From contig JAQGDQ010000980.1 in NCBI GenBank assembly GCA_030141605.1, positions 9,640-73,639 on the forward strand: DNA of 64,000 nucleotides, given 5' to 3'. The stretch comes from Tubiluchus corallicola. Lineage: Eukaryota > Animalia > Priapulida. The notes beneath the pieces are model-generated. The model saw only the letters and a list, made by a program, of their open reading frames with translations. It was not told the origin of the DNA and did not search any database. Each line of letters opens with the position of its first letter. Positions within the stretch are counted from its first letter, which is position 1. The translations under genes were made by a program, and so were the position numbers. Positions 30,901 through 46,226 of this stretch are shown piece by piece.

Positions 30901-31828
30901 AAAAAGTTAGAGCTCAAGAAAAATTATTGCACTTTTGCAAAAAACAATTTTTCATGCTAGAAAATTGGATTGACGTCAGCAATGCAAAAGAAATTACAAC
31001 TTTATTACCTGGAAATCCAATAACTAAATAAAAGAAGGCACCAAATTCTCAAAGTATTTATTCTGTGTTAAAAAGCGAGTGTGTTAAACGTGTGCACATT
31101 CTTTTACAGTAAATATGAAAACGACCTTGGTAGACAAATGAAAGAAAAAGTTTAGAATCAAATATAAATGTTAGTAATGAATTGATTTTTGTTAACTGGT
31201 CGTGTACAATTCTGCAAAAAATATTTTATAAACTTTTCAAGTGAAGACAAAACAAAAACACTTACCAAAAATACACAATGCGCACAATAAAAAAGCAACC
31301 GTAACGGCAATATTACACATTTCAAGTTTTCAACGGACTTGTTCGTGAGACAACTGTTCATTCGTAATATACAATGCAAATACCGTCTGCATACACATTT
31401 ATAATTTCATGGATATCGACAATATGTGTAATATAAAATATGTTGTGTTAACTATGGGTATTAGCAACACTGTGCAGCCAACTTGTTTCTAGGAAACGAG
31501 ATTTGTCAAATGCTATAAATCACATTATGAATAAATTTTTTATCTGTATTCCGCGTGTAATAAATATTTTTTGCACATTATTATACGTAATATAATTGAA
31601 TACAAACACGGGAGGCAGAAAGAAGAGAAGAAAGAAAAGCAGCAAAAAACGGATAATTAAGAAAACAAAAAGAAGAGGAATGGAAGAAAAAGAAATCAGA
31701 TGGAAAAACAAAAAACGAAGGATGAAATGAAAGTCTTCTACAGGTATATCTACAGGTATCCCTAGCGTATACATCTATTGGTATTGGTATCATCTATAGG
31801 TATACAGGTATATTTGTGAATATCTAAA

Positions 31829-31927
<99 letters not shown>

Positions 31928-32308
31928 TGTCGATATATAGAGTGTATTTACATCTATATATCTATATCTCTATACCTCTGTAAGTACGTTAGGCTACGCT
32001 ATGCCTACTCTACTCTATTCCTTGATACAAGAGCGCTTTGTGGATATCTTTTTATAGAATAACTTTGCTGTTGGTATTGTCAAGATATAGACACAATACT
32101 GCGCACTTTAAACCCCAAGCACGTGACGAATGTGCATTTTGATTTACTGTTTGCATTAAAATTACCGATGAACCTGCATCTTGGCTTCGTTATTAATTAA
32201 CCGCACATGTACAATCGTGTCACCAGGATAAGTGTAATTATTTGCATTCGTAATTAGTAGCGTCACTAAAGGAATAATTAAAATATGTGTCACATCACTG
32301 TTAGGCAA

Positions 32309-32389
32309 TATATAATAGATTATCACATCGTAGCGATTATCATTTGTAAAACTAAACAGAAGCAGGTGGAGTCTTGGTGTCAAAGAGGT
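32309..32389 (+). promoter_or_regulatory. TATA, Inr and non-coding exon 1 of secreted precursor copy A (copy B 41352-41433)
   Basis: TATATAA 32309-15, TCATTT 32340-45, gtaagt donor at 32390; the coding exon has an acceptor upstream of its ATG, which requires a 5' exon. Confidence 0.6.
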
Positions 32390-32497
32390 GTAAGTATGAT
32401 TATGTTTTGTAAGGTTATATATGTTCACCGAAATGCATGATTTACAGTAGACACACTAGTAATTATTTTGTGGTCATAGTGATCGGCGTTGCAGGCG

Positions 32498-32987
<490 letters not shown>

Positions 32988-34239
32988 AGTAATTATTTTG
33001 TGGTCATAGTGATCGGCGTTGCAGGCGCTCTGTCAAGAAAGTTGATGCAGTTAGTTGCACAAACATTTTCGAATCCACCGTGCACACGATTCAAATTCTG
33101 TCGGGCAACAACTTGTCTGAGATAGATTTTTGCTCGTCAGTGGGTTCGATAAACGTTATTTTACCAACTTTGTCGCTCACATTTTTATTAAAAACGTTCT
33201 TCATTTTCTATCTCAGTCAAACTCATCCTGCTGTTCTCTGCAGGCTCAGTGGAAAAGTCTCTGCCTCAGACAAAACCAGATCAAACCAATAAAAAGCAGT
33301 CGTTTAGGTCACGTGTCACCTAGTAGTTGTTTACTGAGCATTGTTTACTAAACAGCAACAGCATAATTTGTGGTTATGCTGACCACCATAGGATACATTA
33401 TACCTCTGCTTAAAGACGTGTGACTTGCTAGTAATACGAAATTTAAATTCGCTTAGTTACGTTCCCTTATCTATGCTGGAATAACTGTAGACAACCGACA
33501 TTGCTAGCGCGTGTGCAAAAATCATTGTTATTTTGAATTTATTGTCTACTACTTTCTTCTTTTAGGTGGAGTAGTTTGAGTAACTGACATTTTGTTTTAT
33601 CAGATACATCGCCCGTATGATGTATAGACAAGCAAAATAAAGTTTCGACAATTTTAAAAAAATCAACATATTGCATTTTCACTTTTATTTCGTGGTGAGA
33701 CAATGCCCCTAAAATAAATAACTGAAAGTATTTTGTGCACAAAACATATTTAGAAAAAGTCATAGGAAAGGTTTACTGGGATGCGTATGGTAAAAGGGTA
33801 AAATGTAAAAAAACCGGTCTGAGGGTAATTTTTTATAAGAATTATAAATTAATTTTATAAAATGTTCACTAAGGATAATTACATAGTATCACGCGAATCG
33901 GGTTTTTCATGATAATAGTGTACGTGCAATTTCTAGAGATAGTGACTCGTAAGCCTATATGGCTGGATTTTCAAGTTTTTGTTATAACAATTTTAAGTTC
34001 TTACTAAACGAAATTGTGTCACTAAGATAAAGAATCTCTACTACTTCTACTAGTTCAGCTTGGCCAGCTTTGATAATACTTATCAATGTTTCCAGGCGTG
34101 TTGTTTGTTTGTTTATTTCGTGTGTTTTGTTTTGTATCTTTTACTTTTTACTGATTGGCTATAATTATTTCAGTCTACAAGTTTAAATTTTTACATATCA
34201 CATTTTTCGTTTTTGTATAGCGACAAGTAACTCGTCAAA

Positions 34240-36641
34240 ATGAGAAGCGTCATTGCAGTACTTTTGACCGTGTCAACGGCACGCGCAGCATTCTTTCCCA
34301 TGCCAGGTTTAAGCAATATGAACGCGTTAGGAATCCCTCAACATGTGAACGAGGCAGCAATGCCATCAGGTGTGAACCAGGTAGAAGGCCCACCAGTTGT
34401 TAACGAGGTTGAGGGTCCTCCAGAAGGATATGATGAGACTTCGGTTGAAGAGACTCCTCCTGCGTCACCGTTTGCTTCAGCTATGAATAATTTGGTAAGA
34501 GCAGGTGCACAGACAGCGGGTAATTACGCTCGAAATCACGTGTCTAATGTAGCCAACAAATTTGGTGGGTTAGGACGATCGTTTGCTAACAGGTAATTTC
34601 AGTTTCTGTGGGAACTGACATTGTTGTTCTATTTCTAGTATAACCTTGACTGGTTCAATTTAACTTAATTCATTTAATTTGGTCAAGTTTAATTCAATTC
34701 AGTTAAGTTTTATTAACAATCTTCTTCTTCTTCCTAGCTTTTCCCTATGCGGGGTCGCCGTTGTGAATAAGTCTTCTCCATGCATTCCTGTTGTTGGCCA
34801 TCTCTTAATTTATGTTCTTCTCTCTAAGGTCTCCATTAATACATTCAAACTATCTCAGATTGGGTCGTCCTCTTCTTGTATTTCCCAGCACTTCCATTTC
34901 CATGACCTCCCTTCCCACATGATCTTCCCCGACTCTTCTTTTCAGATGCCCATACCATCGCAGTCTTGCCTCTTGTATCTTTTTCGAGCCTTCCACTACT
35001 TTCACTGTTCCTCTGATATTACTATTCCTGATTTTATCCCTTCTTGTTAATCCCACCATCCATCTCAACATCCTCATCTCCGCCACATCCATTTTCTTCT
35101 CTTCAGTCTTCTTTAGAGGTGCTGCTTCCAGCCCATAGTTTAATGAAGTTTTATTAACAATAAACAAGTGAAATGAGAACAGTCAAAACTTACTAGTGAT
35201 GTCAATGACTATTTAGTTAAATCTGCAGGGTTGTTTTTGATGATGCTCGTGCAAAATTTTGCTTTTGCAAAATTTTTTACGTAATTTACTAAAAATTTGA
35301 ACGTAACTTAAATAGGGTCGCCGAAATTAAAGCAAAACCGGACCCAACCTTAAACCGATCAAAACAATCTACTCTTTAAAATACTGAAAGGAAACGTACT
35401 ACTTTTTTCAAAAATGACGTGAAAAATTATTACCACACAAACACGATTTTCTCGTTCTCGCTACTAGTTCTTCGCTGTTACTTGCATTTTGTCATTCACT
35501 GGTTAGATGGGCACCAGCGCCTGTATTTCGGAAACGCATTACACAAAAACAGGTGCTGTACCTCTCAGTTCAGATGTGTTAATTTGTGACGAACTACACA
35601 CGTTCGACAGCTCGTGCGTGAGCACAGCGGTAAATTTAAAATTTTGATTTTTTTGCCTTACAACTTTCCTAGTCTTAGAACAAACACACTGAATATCTTA
35701 CAGTAGCACTGTACTTCAATTTCCGCCTTTGCAAACACGTGCGGACGCTCATGGGATTTTTTTACTGTTGAAAATTGTGTTAGTTTGTGATGTAATCAAT
35801 AGTTGGGCTCGTCCGTCGTTAATCAAGTTTTTAATCTATTATTTAACTATCAGAAACGCTTTTGCAGTATTAATTATGTTAAAATGTATACTTTTATCGG
35901 ACTTAAAAATTGACTAGTATGTGAAAAATCATCCTGTCTTCCTTTAAGCAACGTAAAACGGTCCAATAGACGGATAGGCGATTGGGAGATGGCTGTGTAG
36001 ACGGCGAAAATTCGGTAAACGTAAAGTGCCCTTTGCTCATTTAAAATCTCATCTCAAAAGATTATGCTTGAAAATTACACAGATTTCGGTCCTGCTACAA
36101 CAGCAGAGTCAGTTTAATGATGGATCCGGTTTGGAGAACGCTAAATTACATATAAAAACACAATAATTAATTTTTTATTTAGTTTGTAGATTGAATCTTG
36201 CTCTTTAATTCGCGTAACTGTAATCACGACTGTAGCAGACTTAGCTTTTTTTGTTAATCTTACTTATCGTGCACGAGGCGCCATCTGTGACGGGAATGTA
36301 AAGCTTTTGGTTTTGGCCGGTTTTTTCTGTTTGTTACCTGCTAGTCACCTGTCTTGTTTTTATACACCTGTGCTCTGAAGGGTTAATCCACTTTATGGGA
36401 TCTGTTGGACATTTGTGTACTGATTATGTTACAATAAAGCATTCAGTGGTATTAACCTCTGTTGACAGTGTTTCTGTGACTACAACGACTTTTGTCTTGA
36501 CTTGTTACATGCTGTAATACTTAATGGCAATCCGAAAATAAACAACCCTATAAGATAAACTCAATATTTTGGTTTTAAATTTGCAGTTTTGGTGGTGGTT
36601 TTGGAGGAGGAAGGAAGCGATCGGCGTATTACACATACTAG
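34240..36641 (+). CDS. Secreted acidic/Gly-Phe-rich precursor, 135 aa, copy A, join(34240..34592,36587..36641)
   Basis: tatag| acceptor at 34220; caaaATG; signal peptide MRSVIAVLLTVSTARA; AG|gtaatt...ttgcag|T joins in frame to SFGGGFGGGRKRSAYYTY*; AATAAA 36685-90. Confidence 0.85.
34721..35145 (-). mobile_element. 5'-truncated RTE/RTE-X LINE in intron (copy at 43748-44172)
   Basis: EMRMLRWM..TRRDKIRN..RLRWYGHLKRR..RGRP motif, (GAA)n tail, 16-bp TSD AAGTTTTATTAACAAT (34705-20, 35146-61). Confidence 0.92.
35530..35943. mobile_element. Kolobok-like MITE family B (other copies ~44556-44969, 57833-58432, ~58910-59147, ~62800-63073)
   Basis: Shared body (cgtgagcacagcggtaaattt...gtagcactgtact) and end AAAAATCATCCTGTCTTCCT followed by TTAA. 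Confidence 0.72.
36231..36484 (+). mobile_element. Solo LTR, 254 bp (copy at 45257-45510)
   Basis: TGTAG...CTACA termini, 5-bp TSD ACGAC on both sides, internal AATAAA. Confidence 0.8.
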
Positions 36642-37199
36642 GTCGAAGATACTCAATCATCCATTTCTGCTTTCAAGAATTTTGAATAAAGAGTGACATC
36701 AGTTATTATTTGTGTGGAATATTCTTTTGTGTTATGTTTTCTGTGGTCGCGACTTAAAAAACAGTGTAAATATAGTGGAAAAATTTCGTCGTTAGCCAAT
36801 TTCTGTAATCATTTTTGATAATCTTCCATAATCAAGACACATATACACCTCCTATAGGAGGAAACTAGCACTTTTGTTCTGATTGGAGTAACTAATTTCA
36901 AGTCCCAAGTTCCATATATGTGTGTATTTTATAATTTGTTATTTTTTGATCAGCCCTGAACAGTTTAGCACGTTAGCGCATTTATATAAAAAGGGGATTA
37001 TCAGTTGACATGTTTTAAAAGGTTAATTTACGGAAGGCAAATATGTATCCAAATTAGTCACACGTGAGTTTTCCTAGTCTAATTCCTTTGATAATAAAGA
37101 TTTAGGAGGTCAAATATTTGTGTAAAATGTTTGTATTTTTAACGCATTGTGGGTCTACATTACGAAAGCGTTTTAGGGCCATGATATCCGATTATAAAT

Positions 37200-39503
37200 A
37201 AATCTGGTTATAACAAACTTTTTTGCCATCCGATTGTAAAAAAATGTGGTTATAACCAATTTTTACCGTCCGATTGTAAAAAAATCTGGTTATAACCAAT
37301 TTTTTGTCATCCTATTGTAAAAGATGTGGTTATAACCAATTGTTTGCCGTCAAATTGTAAAAGAATCTGGTTATAACCAATTTTTTGTCATCAGATTGTA
37401 AAAGAATCTGGTTATAACCAATTTTTGCCTTCCGATTGTAAAAGAATCTGGTTATAAACAATTTTTTGCCGTCCGATTGTAAAAAATGTGGCAATAACTA
37501 TTTTTTGCTATCCGATTGTAAAAAATGTGGTTACAACCAATTTTTACCGTTCGATTGTAAAAAAATCTGTTTATAACCAATTTTTTGTCATCCTATTGTA
37601 AAAGATGTGGTTATAACCAATTGTTTGCCGTCAAATTGTAAAAGAATCTGGTTATAACCAATTTTTTGTCATCAGATTGTAAAAGAATCTGGTTATAACC
37701 AATTTTTGCCTTCCGATTGTAGAAAAAGTCTTGTACCTACTTTAATTTTTACCAGTCGATTGTAAAATAACGTAATAATTTTTTGCCTTCGTGGTCTTGC
37801 GCCATAATGATTCAATTTTACCGATCCGATTGAAAAAAGAATACGTTTACGCAACTCAATTTTATCATCCCTGTGTAAAAGATGGTTGCATATAAGCAAT
37901 TGTTTATGCAAATAAATTTAAAGACCAGTCTGATTTTAACCAATATTTTTTATCGATTGTAAATCTGGTATAATTTTCATTATTGCATCTGGTTAGCAAT
38001 TTTGCCATCCAATTGTAAAAAAATCTGGTTATAAACAATTTTTTGCTATCCGATTGTAAAAAAATCTGGTTATAAACAATTTTTGCCTTCCGATTGTAAA
38101 ATAATCTGCTTATAACCAATTTTTGCCTTCCGATTGTAAAAGAATCTGGTTATAAACAATTTTTTGCCATCCAATTGTAAAAAATCTGGTTATAAACAAT
38201 TTTTTGCTATCCGATTGTAAAAAAATCTGGTTATAAACAATTTTTTGCCATCCGATTGTAAAAAAATCTGGTTATAAACAATTTTTGCCTTCCGATTGTA
38301 AAATAATCTGCTTATAACCAATTTTTGCCTTCCGATTACCCAAATATTATAACAATTTTTTGCTACTCAGGTGAGAAGGCCAAAAATCTGGTTATAACCA
38401 ATTTTGCCTTCCGGTTATGCCGTCTGGTTGTAACCAGGCTACCTGCCGTCCGATTATCTGTGGTTGTAAACAATTTTTTATCGTTATGCCGCGATCCTCA
38501 GTTTATAATAATTTTTGCCACCTTCCGATTTGTAAAATCGTGGTTATGATAACCAATTTTGCCGTCGGTATTATCTGGTTATAAACGAATTTTTTACCAT
38601 CGATTGTAAAGGCGATCTGGTTATAACCATTTTAAATCAGTCAGTAGCTAGGCACCATAAATATGGAATGATTTGGCACCAGGTCATGCACGGGTGCCCG
38701 TCAATAATGTTTGAAAAATCGTTCGCAAACATTTCCATAAACGATTTATGTAAATGTTATATAAAATGATATGAATATGACTTGTATTTTTAAATACTAG
38801 TCATTAAACTTTGCATTAAATAACTAACCCATATATAACTAGCAACAAAGATTTAACCTGTATATTTGTTTATCCAATATTAGTACATTTATATAGTGTC
38901 ATTATGTTTCTAAAAAATGAAGTGTGTATGTCTTGTATATTTCCACTTGCGACTTACCGCAATAATAAATATCATATAAAAAACACCACCGATATAAACC
39001 ACTGAGCTTTACATTCTTCATCTTTCTACTTGCCATACTTTGCCACTAAGGTCAGCGTTGCTACCGCAAAGTAATTGCTATTAATTTTGCTATCCGGTTG
39101 TAAAAGAATCTGGTTATAAACAATTTTTTGCTATCCGGTTGTAAAAGAATCTGGTTATAACAATTTTCATCCGATTGTAAAAAAATCTGGTTATAAACAA
39201 TTTTTTGCCATCCGATTGTAAAAAAATGTGGTTATAAAAATTTTTTGCTATCCGGTTGTAAAAGAATCTGGTTATAAACAATTTTTTGCTATCCGGTTGT
39301 AAAAGAATCTGGTTATAACAATTTTTTTGCCATCCGATTGTAAAAAAATCTGGTTATAAACAATTTTTTGCCATCCGATTGTAAAAAAATGTGGTTATAA
39401 AAATTTTTTGCTATCCGGTTGTAAAAGAATCTGGTTATAAACAATTTTTTGCTATCCGGTTGTAAAAGAATCTGGTTATAACAATTTTTTTGCCATCCGA
39501 TTG
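37200..39503. repeat. ~41-bp satellite (AATCTGGTTATAAACAATTTTTTGCCATCCGATTGTAAAAA), copy A blocks, partly scrambled
   Basis: Direct reading; interrupted at ~38640-39080. Confidence 0.92.
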
Positions 39504-40893
39504 TCAACGGTATCCCTACCGCCAGGCAAATTGAAATTGCATAACTTGCACTATATTTGGAAAAAAGAATTAAGAAAGCTCGGAAGATACTACCTCAGAA
39601 TGTAAATGAAAACCGGCTTAGGATAAAGATAGGAAGACATTTTATGTATGAGAGCCAATTTGTCATTTTCACGTTTTATCTACGAACTGATATCATGTTG
39701 TCATACTGAAGTATATATTTGATACGTGTCATAACGTTTGTGCAATGCTGTAGCGAGCAAATCATTGAAAACTCTGATTCTGTAGGTTAAGTAAATTTGT
39801 GATTTTTATGTCTTATCTACAGGCTGACAAGTAGTTGGCACAGTGAAATACGTGTGACACAGGTAATAACACCTTCTGCGATGATACAGAATTAGTAACA
39901 CTAATTACATAGGTCGTATACTATACATGTATAACATAATGTAGTTTTTATTCACCGTTTAGGCCTATCAATAGCTACATCATACAACTACACGCGTTAG
40001 TCTTGGTAAAAACTGTCTTTCTTTACGTGTATCTTTTAACTTTGCTTCTTTATCACTTATTAATGGTATTATTAACGTCTACAATAACTAAATAAAAGAA
40101 GGCGCCAAATACTGAAATTATTCCATTCTGTGTTAAAAAACTAGTGTGTTAAACTTGGGCACATTCTTCTACAGTAAATATGAAAACGAACTTGGTAGAC
40201 AAATGAAAGAAAAAGTTTAGAATCAAATATAAATGTTAGTAATGAATTGATTTTTGTTAACTGGTCGTGTACAATTCTGCAAAAAATATTTTATAAACTT
40301 TTCAAGTGAAGACAAAACAAAAACACTTACCAAAAATGCACAATGCGCACAATGAAAAAGCAACGGCAACGGCAATATTACACATTTCAAGTTTTCAACG
40401 GACTTGTTCGTGAGACAACTGTTCATTCGTAATATACAATGCAAATACCGTCTGCATACACATTTATAATTTCATGGATATCGACAATATGTGTAATATA
40501 AAATATGTTGTGTTAACTATGGGTATTAGCAACACTGTGCAGCCAACTTGTTTCTAGGAAACGAGATTTGTCAAATGCTATAAATCACATTATGAATAAA
40601 TTTTTTATCTGTATTCCGCGTGTAATAAATATTTTTTGCACATTATTATACGTAATATAATTGAATACAAACACGGGAGGCAGAAAGAAGAGAAGAAAGA
40701 AAAGCAGCAAAAAACGGATAATTAAGAAAACAAAAAGAAGAGGAATGGAAGAAAAAGAAATCAGATGGAAAAACAAAAAACGAAGGATGAAATGAAAGTC
40801 TTCTACAGGTATATCTACAGGTATTCCTAGCGTATACATCTATTGGTATTGGTATCATCTATAGGTATACAGGTATATTTGTGAATATCTAAA

Positions 40894-40970
<77 letters not shown>

Positions 40971-41584
40971 TGTCGATATATAGAGTGTATTTACATCTAT
41001 ATATCTATATCTCTATACATCTGTAAGTACGTTAGGCTACGCTATGCCTACTCTACTCTATTCCTTGATACAAGAGCGCTTTGTGGATATCTTTTTATAG
41101 AATAACTTTGCTGTTGGTATTGTCAAGATATAGACACAATACTGCGCACTTTAAACCCCAAGCACGTGACGAATGTGCATTTTGATTTACTGTTTGCATT
41201 AAAATTACCGATGAACCTGCATCTTGGCTTCGTTATTAATTAACCGCACATGTACAATCGTGTCACCAGGATAAGTGTAATTATTTGCATTCGTAATTAG
41301 TAGCGTCACTAAAGGAATAATTAAAATATGTGTCACATCACTGTTAGGCAATATATAATAGATTATCACATCGTAGCAATTGTCATTTTGTAAAACTAAA
41401 CAGAAGCAGGTGGAGTCTTGGTGTCAAAGAGGTGTAAGTATGATTATGTTTTGTAAGGTTATATATGTTCACCGAAATGCATGATTTACATCTGTAGACA
41501 CACTAGTAATTATTTTGTGGTCATAGTGATCGGCGTTGCAATCGCTACTGCTACTACTACTACTACTACTACCACTACTACTAT

Positions 41585-41666
<82 letters not shown>

Positions 41667-41667
41667 G

Positions 41668-41756
<89 letters not shown>

Positions 41757-41757
41757 G

Positions 41758-41863
<106 letters not shown>

Positions 41864-41881
41864 CACTACTACTACTACTAT

Positions 41882-42002
<121 letters not shown>

Positions 42003-43266
42003 ATTTACACACACAGTAATTATTTTGTGGTCATAGTGATCGGCGTTGCAGGCGCTCTGTCAAGAAAGTTGATGCAGTTAGTTGCACAAACATTTTCGAA
42101 TCCACCGTGCACACGATTCAAATTCTGTCGGGCAACAACTTGTCTGAGATAGATTTTTGCTCGTCAGTGGGTTCGATAAACGTTATTTTACCAACTTTGT
42201 CGCTCACATTTTTATTAAAAACGTTCTTCATTTTCTATCTCAGTCAAACTCATCCTGCTGTTCTCTGCAGGCTCAGTGGAAAAGTCTCTGCCTCAGACAA
42301 AACCAGATCAAACCAATAAAAAGCAGTCGTTTAGGTCACGTGTCACCTAGTAGTTGTTTACTGAGCATTGTTTACTAAACAGCAACAGCATAATTTGTGG
42401 TTATGCTGACCACCATAGGATACATTATACCTCTGCTTAAAGACGTGTGACTTGCTAGTAATACGAAATTTAAATTCGCTTAGTTACGTTCCCTTATCTA
42501 TGCTGGAATAACTGTAGACAACCGACATTGCTAGCGCGTGTGCAAAAATCATTGTTATTTTGAATTTATTGTCTACTACTTTCTTCTTTTAGGTGGAGTA
42601 GTTTGAGTAACTGACATTTTGTTTTATCAGATACATCGCCCGTATGATGTATAGACAAGCAAAATAAAGTTTCGACAATTTTAAAAAAATCAACATATTG
42701 CATTTTCACTTTTATTTCGTGGTGAGACAATGCCCCTAAAATAAATAACTGAAAGTATTTTGTGCACAAAACATATTTAGAAAAAGTCATAGGAAAGGTT
42801 TACTGGGATGCGTATGGTAAAAGGGTAAAATGTAAAAAAACCGGTCTGAGGGTAATTTTTTATAAGAATTATAAATTAATTTTATAAAATGTTCACTAAG
42901 GATAATTACATAGTATCACGCGAATCGGGTTTTTCATGATAATAGTGTACGTGCAATTTCTAGAGATAGTGACTCGTAAGCCTATATGGCTGGATTTTCA
43001 AGTTTTTGTTATAACAATTTTAAGTTCTTACTAAACGAAATTGTGTCACTAAGATAAAGAATCTCTACTACTTCTACTAGTTCAGCTTGGCCAGCTTTGA
43101 TAATACTTATCAATGTTTCCAGGCGTGTTGTTTGTTTGTTTATTTCGTGTGTTTTGTTTTGTATCTTTTACTTTTTACTGATTGGCTATAATTATTTCAG
43201 TCTACAAGTTTAAATTTTTACATATCACATTTTTCGTTTTTGTATAGCGACAAGTAACTCGTCAAA

Positions 43267-45667
43267 ATGAGAAGCGTCATTGCAGTACTTTTGACCGTGT
43301 CAACGGCACGCGCAGCATTCTTTCCCATGCCAGGTTTAAGCAATATGAACGCGTTAGGAATCCCTCAACATGTGAACGAGGCAGCAATGCCATCAGGTGT
43401 GAACCAGGTAGAAGGCCCACCAGTTGTTAACGAGGTTGAGGGTCCTCCAGAAGGATATGATGAGACTTCGGTTGAAGAGACTCCTCCTGCGTCACCGTTT
43501 GCTTCAGCTATGAATAATTTGGTAAGAGCAGGTGCACAGACAGCGGGTAATTACGCTCGAAATCACGTGTCTAATGTAGCCAACAAATTTGGTGGGTTAG
43601 GACGATCGTTTGCTAACAGGTAATTTCAGTTTCTGTGGGAACTGACATTGTTGTTCTATTTCTAGTATAACCTTGACTGGTTCAATTTAACTTAATTCAT
43701 TTAATTTGGTCAAGTTTAATTCAATTCAGTTAAGTTTTATTAACAATCTTCTTCTTCTTCCTAGCTTTTCCCTATGCGGGGTCGCCGTTGTGAATAAGTC
43801 TTCTCCATGCATTCCTGTTGTTGGCCATCTCTTAATTTATGTTCTTCTCTCTAAGGTCTCCATTAATACATTCAAACTATCTCAGATTGGGTCGTCCTCT
43901 TCTTGTATTTCCCAGCACTTCCATTTCCATGACCTCCCTTCCCACATGATCTTCCCCGACTCTTCTTTTCAGGTGTCCATACCATCGCAGTCTTGCCTCT
44001 TGTATCTTTTTCGAGCCTTCCACTACTTTCACTGTTCCTCTGATATTACTATTCCTGATTTTATCCCTTCTTGTTAATCCCACCATCCATCTCAACATCC
44101 TCATCTCCGCCACATCCATTTTCTTCTCTTCAGTCTTCTTTAGAGGTGCTGCTTCCAGCCCATAGTTTAATGAAGTTTTATTAACAATAAACAAGTGAAA
44201 TGAGAACAGTCAAAACTTACTAGTGATGTCAATGACTATTTAGTTAAATCTGCAGGGTTGTTTTTGATGATGCTCGGCAAAATTTTGCTTTTGCAAAAAT
44301 TTTTACGTAATTTACTAAAAATTTGAACGTAACTTAAATAGGGTCGCCGAAATTAAAGCAAAACCGGACCCAACCTTAAACCGATCAAAACAATCTACTC
44401 TTTAAAATACTGAAAGGAAACGTACTACTTTTTTCAAAAATGACGTGAAAAATTATTACCACACAAACACGATTTTCTCGTTCTCGGTACTAGTTCTTCG
44501 CTGTTACTTGCATTTTGTCATTCACTGGTTAGATGGGCACCAGCGCCTGTATTTCGGAAACGCATTACACAAAAACAGGTGCTGTACCTCTCAGTTCAGA
44601 TGTGTTAATTTGTGACGAACTACACACGTTCGACAGCTCATGCGTGAGCACAGCGGTAAATTTAAAATTTTGATTTTTTTGCCTTACAACTTTCCTAGTC
44701 TTAGAACAAACACACTGAATATCTTACAGTAGCACTGTACTTCAATTTCCGCCTTTGCAAACACGTGCGGACGCTCATGGGATTTTTTTACTGTTGAAAA
44801 TTGTGTTAGTTTGTGATGTAATCAATAGTTGGGCTCGTCCGTCGTTAATCAAGTTTTTAATCTATTATTTAACTATCAGAAACGCTTTTGCAGTATTAAT
44901 TATGTTAAAATGTATACTTTTATCGGACTTAAAAATTGACTAGTATGTGAAAAATCATCCTGTCTTCCTTTAAGCAACGTAAAACGGTCCAATAGACGGA
45001 TAGGCGATTGGGAGATGGCTGTGTAGACGGCGAAAATTCGGTAAACGTAAAGTGCCCTTTGCTCATTTAAAATCTCATCTCAAAAGATTATGCTTGAAAA
45101 TTACACAGATTTCGGTCCTGCTACAACAGCAGAGTCAGTTTAATGATGGATCCGGTTTGGAGAACGCTAAATTACATATAAAAACACAATAATTAATTTT
45201 TTATTTAGTTTGTAGATTGAATCTTGCTCTTTAATTCGCGTAACTGTAATCACGACTGTAGCAGACTTAGCTTTTTTTGTTAATCTTACTTATCGTGCAC
45301 GAGGCGCCATCTGTGACGGGAATGTAAAGCTTTTGGTTTTGGCCGGTTTTTTCTGTTTGTTACCTGCTAGTCACCTGTCTTGTTTTTATACACCTGTGCT
45401 CTGAAGGGTTAATCCACTTTATGGGATCTGTTGGACATTTGTGTACTGATTATGTTACAATAAAGCATTCAGTGGTATTAACCTCTGTTGACAGTGTTTC
45501 TGTGACTACAACGACTTTTGTCTTGACTTGTTACATGCTGTAATACTTAATGGCAATCCGAAAATAAACAACCCTATAAGATAAACTCAATATTTTGGTT
45601 TTAAATTTGCAGTTTTGGTGGTGGTTTTGGAGGAGGAAGGAAGCGATCGGCGTATTACACATACTAG
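43267..45667 (+). CDS. Secreted acidic/Gly-Phe-rich precursor, 135 aa, copy B, join(43267..43619,45613..45667)
   Basis: Same protein and splice sites as copy A; AATAAA 45711-16. Confidence 0.85.
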
Positions 45668-46226
45668 GTCGAAGATACTCAATCATCCATTTCTGCTTTC
45701 AAGAATTTTGAATAAAGAGTGACATCAGTTATTATTTGTGTGGAATATTCTTTTGTGTTATGTTTTCTGTGGTCGCGACTTAAAAAACAGTGTAAATATA
45801 GTGGAAAAATTTCGTCGTTAGCCAATTTCTGTAATCATTTTTGATAATCTTCCATAATCAAGACACATATACACCTCCTATAGGAGGAAACTAGCACTTT
45901 TGTTCTGATTGGAGTAACTAATTTCAAGTCCCAAGTTCCATATATGTGTGTATTTTATAATTTGTTATTTTTTGATCAGCCCTGAACAGTTTAGCACGTT
46001 AGCGCATTTATATAAAAAGGGGATTATCAGTTGACATGTTTTAAAAGGTTAATTTACGGAAGGCAAATATGTATCCAAATTAGTCACACGTGAGTTTTCC
46101 TAGTCTAATTCCTTTGATAATAAAGATTTAGGAGGTCAAATATTTGTGTAAAATGTTTGTATTTTTAACGCATTGTGGGTCTACATTACGAAAGCGTTTT
46201 AGGGCCATGATATCCGATTATAAATA

